52,807 nt of DNA from a virus (lineage: Duplodnaviria > Caudoviricetes): IMG/VR virus record IMGVR_UViG_3300030207_000368, positions 1 through 52,807 of that record; one strand, given 5' to 3'. A program made the translations under genes and the position numbers. Below are positions 1 to 9,339 of this stretch, piece after piece; position 1 is the stretch's first letter, and every line of letters starts with the position of its first letter. The notes under the pieces were generated by a model. That model saw only the letters and a list, made by a program, of their open reading frames with translations, did no database searches and had not been told where the DNA came from.

Positions 1-62
1 TGTGTAAATTCTTTTCGGATCCATGCGTTAAAATGAGGTATGTTGCTTAATAAATAAGCCAC

Positions 63-2435
63 CTATTCCTGTTCTCTGGATTCGCGAACAACTTTCGCGA
101 TCTCAGTTAGGTTAGAGTCCATGTCTCGCTCATTCTGCATTTCAGCTTCTTGAAGTTCTGCAGCAACCTTAATATCCGTTTGCTGTTCTTGAGACTCAAT
201 CTTCTCTCTTTCAAGTTGCATCTTGCGTTCAGAGTCTCTGTCGCGCTGATTAATTTTCTCAAACTCAAGTTCCATCTGTTCTTCGAACATTTGTCTTTGC
301 GGATCTTGTTGTTGAGCAGCCATCGCTTGAGCTAGTGCCTGTTCTTGACCTGTTATTTGCTGCGTAGCTTGAGCAGCCGCTACTGCAATCTGACTTTCTA
401 TTTCAGGTGGAAGCTGCGGCATTTGACCATCTGGTCCAGGCTGTGGTAACTGAATACCTTGTTCAGCTAGTATCTGTTCCATCTGCACTCGATACTTCAA
501 TGCAATGTGTTCTTGGATATGCGCTTGTAACGCTGACATTGCTTGTGGGTTCTGCTGTATCTGTGGGCTTTGCATAAACGCCATATGCGCTTGAATGTGC
601 GCATCATGATTCTGTTGAGGAAACGCTTTTAACGGAACATTCATTAATGCGTCCATGTTTTCCTGAACAGGATCTTTAGGCGTAGGGGCAAAGTCAGGAA
701 GAAGCACGTCGTCAATATCTTTGATATTTAACGCAAGATACATCTTACGGAAGGCTTCTTTCATATTGTGAATCTGAGGTGCACTTTGCGCCATCTGTAG
801 TTGCGTCTGCGCTAAGATAATTCGTTGCGTAGTACTAAAGATGTTAGGGTCGCAAACAGGAACAATGTCTACACTGTTATTGAAGTCCTGAGCAAAAACA
901 GTCTGTTGTGCTCCTTGTACTTGGTACGGATATTCAGGAGGTAGATACTCTCCGAATAATCGCTTTAGAATCTTAAACTCATTCTTCTGTGCATAATGTA
1001 GTCGTTTATGTATCGAAGAAATAACCTTCTGGCCTTTTTCTAAAAGGGCGACAGTAGTGCCTACAGGAGCTTGACTATTGCCTTCTCCCGTCTGCTGATC
1101 CATTACTGCCGCAAACCGTTGTCCAGATTCAACTAATAACCCCAGCAGCTGGGCTAAAGTTGCACTAGGTTCTTTATACGGCAACGGTAAGAAGGAATCG
1201 CGAATAGTACCTCCAGGAGCGTCAACGTCACGCCACTCTCCTGGTTGTAATGGGTCATCTGAACGCTGTATATTCAATCCGCGTGATTTGAAACCAGCCG
1301 GTAGATTAGCAAGTGTGCCTGCATCAATTAGCTGTCTCAGTATTGCTGTAGCAGACTTAGTTACTCCACCAATCATGTGAATCAGCCCGAACCCATAAAA
1401 TCCTAATCCAGGAAGGAATTTATAATGCGTAAAGTATTCAATCTTTTTACGCATAGGATCAATCTCATCGTAGTTCTGTCTAATCGACAAAACTTCACTG
1501 TTGTCTTGGCAAATAGTTACAATATACGGTAACGCTAATCCAGTCGTTTCACCGTTCGCATCTGTGTGTTCGAATCCTTCTATGTCTAGTTCTACATGAC
1601 ACTCTAACAACGTGTATTCTTCAGAAGAACCTGTTCTAGAAACTCCATCTAATTCGTCAATCTTTTCTTGTATGACATTTTCGTCTGTAGTATATCCAGG
1701 AGGCGTCATGCCTACGTCGCGATAGAAACCACTAAGCTGTAACTTACGCATATCGTTCTCAGTCATTTTAATGACGTGCGTAATCCGAGGAGTAGTATGT
1801 AAATCCGTGGTTGTGTACGGAACGACTAAATCTTCAGCTTTAACAAAACGAGAAACGACTCGTCCCATCGAAGGGTCGTAATAACACTTTTTAAATGCAG
1901 ATCCTGCTAACGGAAGGAAGAACAACATTTGATCCATTTCAGGATCGTATTCTTCCATCTTATACATTAGCTGATAATTCATGAAATCTTTTACGCGGTT
2001 AGCCTGCATCAGTTTAGGGTCGTTAGATGCTCCCATAACCTTTGTATCTACAGGTCCATTAGCCGGTAAAAGTTCTTTGTATGCTTGTGCTTGAAAATGC
2101 GTGGTAGCTTCAGCTAGTAACGGGTGGTATACCCCGCTTGCACCTTCAAACGGTTCACTACGAGCTTCGCTATCAATCCCTAACAAGTCAAGACCGTTTC
2201 TAAAGGTCTCATACCAGTCTTGTCGTGAAGATAAGTCGTCTTCGTAAGAAGAAATAAGCTGTGAGGAGATTTGACCTAGAACACTATCCTCAAGATAGTC
2301 AGCCATGTTCTCACCGAAAGGCATTTCACCCTCAGCTTGCAGTGCTTCGGGGTAAAGAACATTATCATCCTCATCAAAAAGGATTTCTAGCTCTTCTTCG
2401 CCTTCAAGATCTTGTGGAACTTGGAATTCTGCCAT
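63..2435 (-). CDS. Portal protein (P22-like podovirus type)
   Basis: 790 aa directly downstream of TerL; motifs HPLLAEA, LPLAGSAFKK, GFYGFGL, DAGTLANLPAGFK; Q-rich coiled-coil C-terminus. Confidence 0.9.
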   Translation of the reverse strand: MAEFQVPQDLEGEEELEILFDEDDNVLYPEALQAEGEMPFGENMADYLEDSVLGQISSQLISSYEDDLSSRQDWYETFRNGLDLLGIDSEARSEPFEGASGVYHPLLAEATTHFQAQAYKELLPANGPVDTKVMGASNDPKLMQANRVKDFMNYQLMYKMEEYDPEMDQMLFFLPLAGSAFKKCYYDPSMGRVVSRFVKAEDLVVPYTTTDLHTTPRITHVIKMTENDMRKLQLSGFYRDVGMTPPGYTTDENVIQEKIDELDGVSRTGSSEEYTLLECHVELDIEGFEHTDANGETTGLALPYIVTICQDNSEVLSIRQNYDEIDPMRKKIEYFTHYKFLPGLGFYGFGLIHMIGGVTKSATAILRQLIDAGTLANLPAGFKSRGLNIQRSDDPLQPGEWRDVDAPGGTIRDSFLPLPYKEPSATLAQLLGLLVESGQRFAAVMDQQTGEGNSQAPVGTTVALLEKGQKVISSIHKRLHYAQKNEFKILKRLFGEYLPPEYPYQVQGAQQTVFAQDFNNSVDIVPVCDPNIFSTTQRIILAQTQLQMAQSAPQIHNMKEAFRKMYLALNIKDIDDVLLPDFAPTPKDPVQENMDALMNVPLKAFPQQNHDAHIQAHMAFMQSPQIQQNPQAMSALQAHIQEHIALKYRVQMEQILAEQGIQLPQPGPDGQMPQLPPEIESQIAVAAAQATQQITGQEQALAQAMAAQQQDPQRQMFEEQMELEFEKINQRDRDSERKMQLEREKIESQEQQTDIKVAAELQEAEMQNERDMDSNLTEIAKVVRESREQE

Positions 2436-2443
2436 AATTCGCC

Positions 2444-2472
2444 ACCATACTCTTCTTTTTTAAGTCAGTAAA
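2444..2472 (-). promoter_or_regulatory. Sigma70-like promoter upstream of portal
   Basis: TTTACT-17 nt-TATGGT, same -35 as the early promoters; ATG lies 8 nt after the -10. Confidence 0.5.
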
Positions 2473-3990
2473 TCAATAATATGCACGGACTTTTGGGTAA
2501 TAATCTTCTTCGTCCTGATAATCAGTTTCTAAACGCAAAAATCCACCGTTTCTAAAGCGCATTAACGCTAAAGTTGTCGCATCTACGCAATCGTCGTTCT
2601 CTCCGTTAGGAAAATCAACAATTTCGTCCATTAATTCTTGTGCCCAAGACGTTTCAGGCAACCAAACTCGGCCCTCTTGGAAAATTGCACTTACCGTGTT
2701 AAGTCTTGCAATCTTATCTTGTCCTTTGCTAGGAGAAAACGTGTTAATCGGTATTCCTTGTCGCCGTAATTCCTGCGTTAGCGGGATGCCAGACGCTTTT
2801 GTCTCAATTATTACAGAATCAGGCTCCCAATGTTCGTATAAACGCATCGCTTCACGCTTGAGTTCGGGAAAGTCTAGCCGTTCTTTAACACAATCTAGCA
2901 GAATCAGGTGTGCATCAGCTCCACTATACAACTCATCACCAATTTTTCCTTCTGGATGGAAAACTCCCCACGTTGTTATTGCAGTATAGTCGGCACGTTC
3001 AGACTTTAGAAACGCTGTATCGTAACTTTGTATTAAATATTCGCAAGATGGAGGGTTGTCTTCAGGCCAATGTTTGATCCATTCCTTCGGAATAATAGAA
3101 ATACCTTCACCAGTTGGCCGCTGCATGTATTGCGCTGCCCATTTAGACGGAGGTATCGAAGATTTCGTTGCTTGAAGTTCATCTAGTTTCCAGAACTCTG
3201 GCCATAACGGTGTGCCTGATGGCAAAATTGCAGGGAATTCTATTAACTCCCACTCATCGCCCCCTTTCTCCTGCGTCATTCGTTTGATTAACTTACCCGT
3301 TAAGTCCTTTTTAGACCAACGAGTCATCACAATAACGATAGCACCTCCTGGTTGTAGACGCTGACGCGGCCCAGTTTGATACCATTCGTACGCTTCGTCT
3401 AACGCTTTGTCAGAAAACGCGTCTTGTTCAGAGTGCGGATCGTCAATAATAAACAAATCCGCACCTCTCCCTGCGAGAGCACCCCCAATACCAGAGGCAT
3501 AGTACTCTCCCCCCTGAGAAGTCAGCCATTTACCAGCACTTCGTGAGTCAGCCTTTAGCTGTGTGCTGGGAAAAATCTCTGCATAATCATCGCTTTCAAT
3601 TAAGTCACGCACACGTCTACCGAAATTTATTGCAAGGTCAGCGGTGTGTGTTGCTTCAATGATTTTTAACTTAGGACGTTTGCCTAACAAGTAGGCAGGA
3701 AACAGATATGACGCAAACTCAGACTTAGTATGTCTGGGCGGCATATTGATAATTAGTCTTTTTGATTCGCCGTTTGCAATCTTGTCGAAAGCCTCAGCCA
3801 TTTTCTTATGGTGAGACCCCGCAATAAACTCAGGCCAGATATTTAATACAAAATCATAGAAGGTCGCTGCGGAAGAATCTCGTTTCTCGCGTAAATCCAA
3901 CTCTTCAAGAAGAAGGGTAAACTCCTTAGCTTCTTGTTTTGACAGGTGCGAAAGATCAACATTTCGCAACTGGTCTAGTGGGTCGCTCAC
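2473..3990 (-). CDS. terL: Terminase large subunit
   Basis: Walker A-like MPPRHTKS, Walker B IIDDP, RNase H-like nuclease with SYDTA and ENDDCVD. Confidence 0.95.
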   Translation of the reverse strand: MSDPLDQLRNVDLSHLSKQEAKEFTLLLEELDLREKRDSSAATFYDFVLNIWPEFIAGSHHKKMAEAFDKIANGESKRLIINMPPRHTKSEFASYLFPAYLLGKRPKLKIIEATHTADLAINFGRRVRDLIESDDYAEIFPSTQLKADSRSAGKWLTSQGGEYYASGIGGALAGRGADLFIIDDPHSEQDAFSDKALDEAYEWYQTGPRQRLQPGGAIVIVMTRWSKKDLTGKLIKRMTQEKGGDEWELIEFPAILPSGTPLWPEFWKLDELQATKSSIPPSKWAAQYMQRPTGEGISIIPKEWIKHWPEDNPPSCEYLIQSYDTAFLKSERADYTAITTWGVFHPEGKIGDELYSGADAHLILLDCVKERLDFPELKREAMRLYEHWEPDSVIIETKASGIPLTQELRRQGIPINTFSPSKGQDKIARLNTVSAIFQEGRVWLPETSWAQELMDEIVDFPNGENDDCVDATTLALMRFRNGGFLRLETDYQDEEDYYPKVRAYY

Positions 3991-5156
3991 CTCGGACCGA
4001 AGACTCTAGATTCAGCTTCCTCTTCAGCAGCTCTTCTTGCAGCTCTACGAGCCGCGATTCTTTCTTTCATTCCTCTACCTAGTTTTACAGGATTTATAGG
4101 AGCTAAGTCTAATGCTTCTACTAATTTTTCCAGACCTTCAGCTTCCTTTACATCTTTTAGAGCACGTGCTTGAGAAACTCCTGGAATCTGACTCACTAAT
4201 AAATCTTTAATAACTTGATTCATTGGGTCAGGATCAGTAACTACCCCGCCATCATCGTAATAGGGTTTACTACTTTGTCGACTAGCTTGTTCACCTACAA
4301 TGCGAACAGGAGGATATTCAACTGGTAGTTCTGGATCTAATCGTTTTATTTCGTCTGGTATTTCTTCTCCAGCTAAAATATAAGGAGTAGCTAATTTTCC
4401 AAATAATTCCTGTCTTTCTTCAAATTCTCTTACCCTTTCAGCAGGCCAGCCTCCTTCGTCTTCTCTTAGAGGTCTTTCATAAGTTATCTCTCTATACTGT
4501 GAATGACGACCGTCTGAGCCTAAACGTCGCATATCGTATAGTCCATCTCCTAAATCAGCGACGCTAAACTCATCTACTACGTCGCCGTCAGCGAGCTTTT
4601 TTGGTTCTACCTGCCCTCCGTAAGCCATGCCTCGAATCTGGTCTCGCGTTGCAGGAACCATAGACATTCCAGGATTAGATGTCATCTGGTCAGCTAACTG
4701 CATACCTACGCTTTGGATCTGTGGATTAGCATCGGTCATCATGTTCATGATGTTACCTACATCAAAATAGTAAGTGTCATTTGGAGTTCCTATGGGACCA
4801 CCACGGGCCATCATAATACCACTTTGTTCCTGCAGAAGTTGCAAGGCTTCTTCTTCCGTCATCTGCGACATATCTCCAGCAGCTGAAGGAACCCCAGCTT
4901 CTCCAGGAATTGGAACTTCTCCTTGTGCTTGGTAGTCCATGGCGGCAAGTGCATCTTCCAAAGCTCCAGGATCACTTCCCTGAAGTTCGTCTACTATGAC
5001 TTCTTGAACATTAGAAATGTTAGGTGCAGAACCTTCAATTAGATCTCTAACATTCTGTTGTTCTGTAGCTTTTTTCTGACGTTTCTTAGCTTGCTGTGCT
5101 CCATAGGCTGAAGTCACTACTGAGCTTGCTACTATTGCTGTAACTACCCAAGTCAT
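3987..5156 (-). CDS. Putative internal virion protein
   Basis: Hydrophobic N-terminus, acidic body, repeated xxxGG motifs (MARGG, MAYGG, YDDGG); coupled to terL. Confidence 0.5.
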   Translation of the reverse strand: MTWVVTAIVASSVVTSAYGAQQAKKRQKKATEQQNVRDLIEGSAPNISNVQEVIVDELQGSDPGALEDALAAMDYQAQGEVPIPGEAGVPSAAGDMSQMTEEEALQLLQEQSGIMMARGGPIGTPNDTYYFDVGNIMNMMTDANPQIQSVGMQLADQMTSNPGMSMVPATRDQIRGMAYGGQVEPKKLADGDVVDEFSVADLGDGLYDMRRLGSDGRHSQYREITYERPLREDEGGWPAERVREFEERQELFGKLATPYILAGEEIPDEIKRLDPELPVEYPPVRIVGEQASRQSSKPYYDDGGVVTDPDPMNQVIKDLLVSQIPGVSQARALKDVKEAEGLEKLVEALDLAPINPVKLGRGMKERIAARRAARRAAEEEAESRVFGPR

Positions 5157-5779
5157 GTTCTTTTCTCCTCTAACTGATTTATTAAGTGGTCAAGCAACTT
5201 AATATCAGGAAGTTGTCGTTTTACTTCGTCGAATGAAGTAGCAATTATCTCACTTTCTATCTGCTCTACATCCAAACTGTTTGTTGAATGCACAGTTATA
5301 AATTTACAAGGAGTGTGTGTAAAAATTATTCGTTTAGTCCCTGCTGAAGTAATTCCATGATGAGGGGCTTTTACACGTTCAACTCCATCCTCAGTAATAA
5401 TCGACATTTCTCCTTCCATCAAGAAAAACGGATGATTCTGATTATGTATCTTTGTGACGATAAACAATCCTGCGGGATTAAAAATTTCTCGAATATACTG
5501 TCCGTCTGCAAAACTGTGTTTAACAGGATTAATCTGGTGTACTTTATTTTCTAGGGATTGCGGATGTTGGTTAACAGCGTTTTCAAACCTTAGAATCTTT
5601 TTCTGAAACTCGGTTTGTTTTCTTTTGTATTCTGCAAATTCCCACGCTTCATCAAACGTGAACGTATGCTGTAAATCCAACGAAGCGGTTTTTTCTACAA
5701 ATTGTTTTCTAGCTTCTTCTTTGGAAAGAGGAGCATTTTCAATCTGCTCATCTATCATTTCCATTGTAAGCTCGCTCAT
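5153..5779 (-). CDS. Cupin-fold protein
   Basis: HSFADGQYIREIF..KIHNQNHPFFLMEG..GTKR beta-strand/His pattern. Confidence 0.55.
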   Translation of the reverse strand: MSELTMEMIDEQIENAPLSKEEARKQFVEKTASLDLQHTFTFDEAWEFAEYKRKQTEFQKKILRFENAVNQHPQSLENKVHQINPVKHSFADGQYIREIFNPAGLFIVTKIHNQNHPFFLMEGEMSIITEDGVERVKAPHHGITSAGTKRIIFTHTPCKFITVHSTNSLDVEQIESEIIATSFDEVKRQLPDIKLLDHLINQLEEKRT

Positions 5780-6570
5780 TTATAGCTCTTGCCGTAGTAA
5801 CCTTGTTTGTAACTTAAAGCACCGCCATTAGCTTTCTTTGCAGTTTTCGCGGCTTGCCTAAAATTCTCAGCGGTCGGTGCACCTTTCTCACCTTTCCTTC
5901 GCATCCGCTCACCAGACCCTGCTGCTATACGCTTACGCTTCGCGTGTATATTTGCGTACAATCCTGGGCGACCACCCGTGGACATCATATCGCCATCACG
6001 TCTGGCTTTACGCATTATTATTCTTTGGGCTTGTTGAGCCTTTTCTAACGCTTCATCTGAATCCATATATTCATCGCGCATATCTTGTACTAAATCATCA
6101 AACCCTTCTCGACCTTCTCGGGGAAGACCTATCTGCTCATCAACTTCCCTAGACGCTTTCTGAAAATCCATAAATTCTTTATCGTCATATCGCTTAGGGT
6201 ATTTTGAAGGATTCAAATCCTCCATCATTTCAAATAAACTTCCTAGACCCTTTCCTTTTCCTCCAGGACCACCAACCATTCCAAGCATCAAAGCTAACTC
6301 AGGCCCAATCGACTCTTCCAACCCAGGAGTGTTACTTAATCGTACAGATAAACTAGACTCATCCAGCGGCCCAGACATATCTCGCATCTGTTCCATGGTC
6401 AGCGTATCTTTGTTCGTGTTTTGTAGTGCTCGCAATAACATAGGTAAATTGTCCATGATCTCTGGACCAAGAAGCATTTCACCGCCACCGCGTAACAGGG
6501 ACATCAAGCCGCCTCCGTCGTTAAGCCCAGCCTCTTCGTCGTAGATTGCTTGCATGTCTGCCATTACCAT
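5776..6570 (-). CDS. Hypothetical virion-associated protein with basic C-terminal domain
   Basis: C-terminal GLYANIHAKRKRI..GAPTA..AKTAKK basic module flanked by MSTGG and KANGG motifs. Confidence 0.5.
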   Translation of the reverse strand: MVMADMQAIYDEEAGLNDGGGLMSLLRGGGEMLLGPEIMDNLPMLLRALQNTNKDTLTMEQMRDMSGPLDESSLSVRLSNTPGLEESIGPELALMLGMVGGPGGKGKGLGSLFEMMEDLNPSKYPKRYDDKEFMDFQKASREVDEQIGLPREGREGFDDLVQDMRDEYMDSDEALEKAQQAQRIIMRKARRDGDMMSTGGRPGLYANIHAKRKRIAAGSGERMRRKGEKGAPTAENFRQAAKTAKKANGGALSYKQGYYGKSYK

Positions 6571-6860
6571 TTCACCTTATCGGCCCAATAAGCCGCTGAC
6601 ATTTTTCCTTTTGCGATGTTCTTTCCATGGCGAGCTTTGAAACTCTTACGCCGCGCCTTTTGTTTTGCTGACTCACCCTTCTTAGGCTTGCCCGCAGTTT
6701 TTACACCCTGCTGCCCGAAACGAATGAGTTTTAACTTGTGGCCTTCCTGCGCTAATACCATATGCGATTTCTTCGGATGGCTGGGTGTACGCTTTGGTTT
6801 GTTTACACCCTTTAAATTATGCTTCTTAATTAAATTCGCTTTACGAGTTTCGTGTGCCAT
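6564..6860 (-). CDS. Small basic conserved phage protein
   Basis: K/R-rich; IRFGQQG..RRKSFKARH..SAAYW..KW pattern familiar from marine phages. Confidence 0.65.
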   Translation of the reverse strand: MAHETRKANLIKKHNLKGVNKPKRTPSHPKKSHMVLAQEGHKLKLIRFGQQGVKTAGKPKKGESAKQKARRKSFKARHGKNIAKGKMSAAYWADKVKW

Positions 6861-6887
6861 GTGCGAATCGTAACTGGAAAAATTTTA

Positions 6888-7094
6888 CTACGCTAGTAGG
6901 TCAATATTCTGTCTGGTACTGGCAATCTGTACTTCTACCTTACCATTCTTGGCGATATATAACTTTGACTGCAGATTTTGTACCGCCTGCCGTCGTTCCT
7001 CGCGCTGAGTATTTTCCATTAACTTCTGATACCGCTCTTCGGCTACCTGTCTCCACGCTATTTGATTAGCTGGTGTAATTGCTCCTACATCCAT
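6888..7094 (-). CDS. Hypothetical protein
   Basis: 68 aa, TAATG overlap with upstream gene. Confidence 0.6.
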   Translation of the reverse strand: MDVGAITPANQIAWRQVAEERYQKLMENTQREERRQAVQNLQSKLYIAKNGKVEVQIASTRQNIDLLA

Positions 7095-7558
7095 TATTTA
7101 AAGATCAGTATGACCCCTCCAATTAATATAAATGCACAAAGTAATCCTATTGCTGTTACCCCCATAATTATCCAAATCTGACGAATCATTTTCTTTCGGG
7201 CAGCGGCCCTTGCCTTAATAGCTTCCATCTGACGCTTATGATTTGCTTTCTGTCTTGCCTTAGCCTCGTCCCAGCGTTGCAACAATGCCGGATCGTGAAT
7301 CACGAGCATATCGTGGAGTGACTTCTCCCACTGATCGCGTCTGTGTTTTATTGATTCCAATTTCAGAAGCTCCTGTGAGCTGAGGTTGTTGATAACCGAA
7401 TCTTTCTTCTCGCGCTCAAACGAATCCAAGGCGTCAGAGAACCCTTGCATTAACTCAACGGCTTTAGCTGCTCCGTCGCCAACTTCGTTCAGTTTATTAA
7501 TGGCAGTGGAGATCGTGGATAGAATTGCACCGGCGGCGGCGACTGATTCGATAATCAT
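7094..7558 (-). CDS. Coiled-coil membrane protein
   Basis: Start moved to MIIESVA; C-terminal TM helix IWIIMGVTAIGLLCAFILIGGVILIF. Confidence 0.6.
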   Translation of the reverse strand: MIIESVAAAGAILSTISTAINKLNEVGDGAAKAVELMQGFSDALDSFEREKKDSVINNLSSQELLKLESIKHRRDQWEKSLHDMLVIHDPALLQRWDEAKARQKANHKRQMEAIKARAAARKKMIRQIWIIMGVTAIGLLCAFILIGGVILIFK

Positions 7559-7721
7559 AGTGGGCCAATCGTAACTCCCAGATAGCATACCACGCAACAG
7601 CCTAAAAAAATTTGGCGAAAATTTTCAAGGCCGGAGTCCCAATACACATTGCGAAAAATTTTTGAGTAGGGAACCTATAGCAAAAGTACAGCGGAAAAAG
7701 AGTCGGGAATAAGGTAGTGGT

Positions 7722-7738
7722 GGGTGGGCGGGAGCGGG
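7722..7738 (+). other. Canonical G-quadruplex motif
   Basis: GGGTGGGCGGGAGCGGG. Confidence 0.6.
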
Positions 7739-7749
7739 AAAGTCAATAG

Positions 7750-7761
7750 GGGGTATACCCC
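7750..7761. repeat. 12-bp perfect palindrome, candidate terminus/pac element
   Basis: GGGGTATACCCC at a sharp compositional boundary; function is inferred. Confidence 0.45.
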
Positions 7762-7824
7762 TAATTTAGCGGGCCGCCCCAATATCATATTTAGCTAGGC
7801 TAGTCAAGCACTAATTTTAGACAT

Positions 7825-7849
7825 AAAAAAGCCCGCGCTAGGCGGGCTT
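7825..7849 (-). terminator. Rho-independent terminator
   Basis: GCCCGC-5 nt-GCGGGC followed by T6 on the minus strand, downstream of 7874..8392. Confidence 0.8.
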
Positions 7850-7873
7850 AGTGTTAGCTAACTAGTTAGTTAA

Positions 7874-8392
7874 CTATTTAGTAACCTTAAAGAAGGCTAC
7901 AGTATCAGGCAAATCATTAGCCGCTAACCATTTAGCAGCTTGCTTACCATTCCATGCAACATTGCCTAATAACTGGCCGCCCCAAAGATGGCCCATTCTA
8001 GTGTTACTAGGGTTATTGTTGTGAGTGCTAGTGGTGTACTTATTCTTGTACGTCTTAAATACTTGATTAGAATCGAAGTGGTCAACGTCTACTGTTGATT
8101 TAAAAACGTGGGAACCGTTACCAGCTTTGATAGCTTCAATCAATGAGTCAATGATAGCTAGCTGAAACCTTCTTTGAGTGACGCTAGATTTGAAAGACTT
8201 GAGGTAAGGTATGTTTTCTTCAACTAAAGTCACAGTGCCGACCCATTGAGCTAGGTTAGCGGATGATGCTTTAGGCACAGTGTTTAGAATGTCGTCAAGA
8301 TCAACACCCGCTATTTCTTTCTTCTTAGTCTCAATGTTAGTTATCGCATCTTTGACTGACTGTTGATCTTCTTTCTTTAAGTTCTTATTCAT
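7874..8392 (-). CDS. Stand-alone hypothetical protein
   Basis: 172 aa, SD TAAGGA, own upstream TTGACT/TATAAT elements and own terminator. Confidence 0.7.
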   Translation of the reverse strand: MNKNLKKEDQQSVKDAITNIETKKKEIAGVDLDDILNTVPKASSANLAQWVGTVTLVEENIPYLKSFKSSVTQRRFQLAIIDSLIEAIKAGNGSHVFKSTVDVDHFDSNQVFKTYKNKYTTSTHNNNPSNTRMGHLWGGQLLGNVAWNGKQAAKWLAANDLPDTVAFFKVTK

Positions 8393-8417
8393 TTAATGAA
8401 TCCTTATTTAGTTAATT

Positions 8418-8475
8418 AGTTAGGCGTTATTGCCTAACTGGTTATTATAATGAGGTCTGGCGGCTAATAAGTCAA
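8418..8475 (-). promoter_or_regulatory. Probable promoter plus 5' leader hairpin
   Basis: TTGACT with CATTAT at 17 nt or TATAAT at 20 nt; then AGTTAGGC-AATAAC-GCCTAACT hairpin. Confidence 0.5.
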
Positions 8476-8514
8476 GCGATAAAGTAAATAAATAAATAAA
8501 TAGTTAGTTAGTCC

Positions 8515-8940
8515 CGCCCCGTCTAGTCGCTTGTTAGTGGCTCCCCGTCGGCGTCCTTGTTAGCGGTCGGCGTCCGTCCGTCCGTCCGTCGCTGGCCGTG
8601 GCGTCAAGTGTGGTGGGTGGGTGGGTCGCGGTCGCGCGATCCGTCAATCAATCTAAGTCGATCGATCGATCCCGAGTCCGATCGTCGATCCGTCTGTCAG
8701 TAATAAGGGTGGGTGGGAGGGTGGCGGCGGGTCTATCGCTCCACCATTATAGTCGATCGATCCGTCGATCCGTCGATCGATCCTTCACTCGAACCGAGTC
8801 GGTTCGTGACCTCTCCCTCAATGGTTTGGGGAACTCGTTTCGTGATGAGCTGCGTCAGTCGATCCAGGATCTGGTCCTTGCTCAGTGCGTCGATCTGTGC
8901 GGTCAAGACCTCGCGTCGATCGATGTAAAGCCCACCGACC
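8515..8940. repeat. Low-complexity CGTC / GATC / TCGA / GGGT repeat tract
   Basis: (CGTC)n, (GATC)n and GGGT runs; 14 TCGA counted in 8641-8940; G4 motif GGGTGGGTGGGAGGG at 8707-8721; extends into the terS 3' end. Confidence 0.85.
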
Positions 8941-9320
8941 TTCCCTCGGTGGATCTCGGCTGTGATAGCCGCGTTGATTTGGCCCTGCCCCCTCGCCTCC
9001 TCCCTCAAATCATGAAGAGCGGAAAGATGACCTTCCATAGAAACTCTATCTCTTTCTGCCTCTTTCATTTCCTGCTCGATCAGGTAATTTCGGAGAAGTG
9101 GGTTGTGATTGAGTAATACGCTGCCCTGTCTCTTAGCGGCGTTGCGGTTCTTCGTGTAACCCGCTTTCACCGCTGCTTCTGTAGCGTTTTGGCCTTTCAG
9201 ATACTCTCGTGCGAACTTCTTCTGCTTAGGATTCAGCGGTTGCCACTTCTTACCATCAGGGTCGACGTAACCGTTTCCGTCATCAGCAGGTGTCATGGGA
9301 GTGTACTGTAGGTGTTTCAT
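8733..9320 (-). CDS. terS: Terminase small subunit
   Basis: LNPKQKKFAREYLKGQNATEAAVKAGY HTH signature, AAITAEIHRGKVGGLYID; start moved to MKHLQ. Confidence 0.85.
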   Translation of the reverse strand: MKHLQYTPMTPADDGNGYVDPDGKKWQPLNPKQKKFAREYLKGQNATEAAVKAGYTKNRNAAKRQGSVLLNHNPLLRNYLIEQEMKEAERDRVSMEGHLSALHDLREEARGQGQINAAITAEIHRGKVGGLYIDRREVLTAQIDALSKDQILDRLTQLITKRVPQTIEGEVTNRLGSSEGSIDGSTDRSTIMVER

Positions 9321-9339
9321 CCAACGCTTCCGAGGTGTT

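Noticed and set aside
7760-8515. Stop-codon recoding suggested by TAG-rich DNA
   Set aside because: Genes are full length under the standard code, and TAG, TGA and TAA all end conserved genes
8515-8800. Possible CRISPR array or DGR
   Set aside because: Units are 4-20 bp with no constant repeat/unique spacer structure; no cas or reverse transcriptase gene in the window
8598-9116. 172-aa plus-strand ORF antisense to terS
   Set aside because: Product of the stop-poor GATC/TCGA repeats; low-complexity S/R/D sequence, no SD
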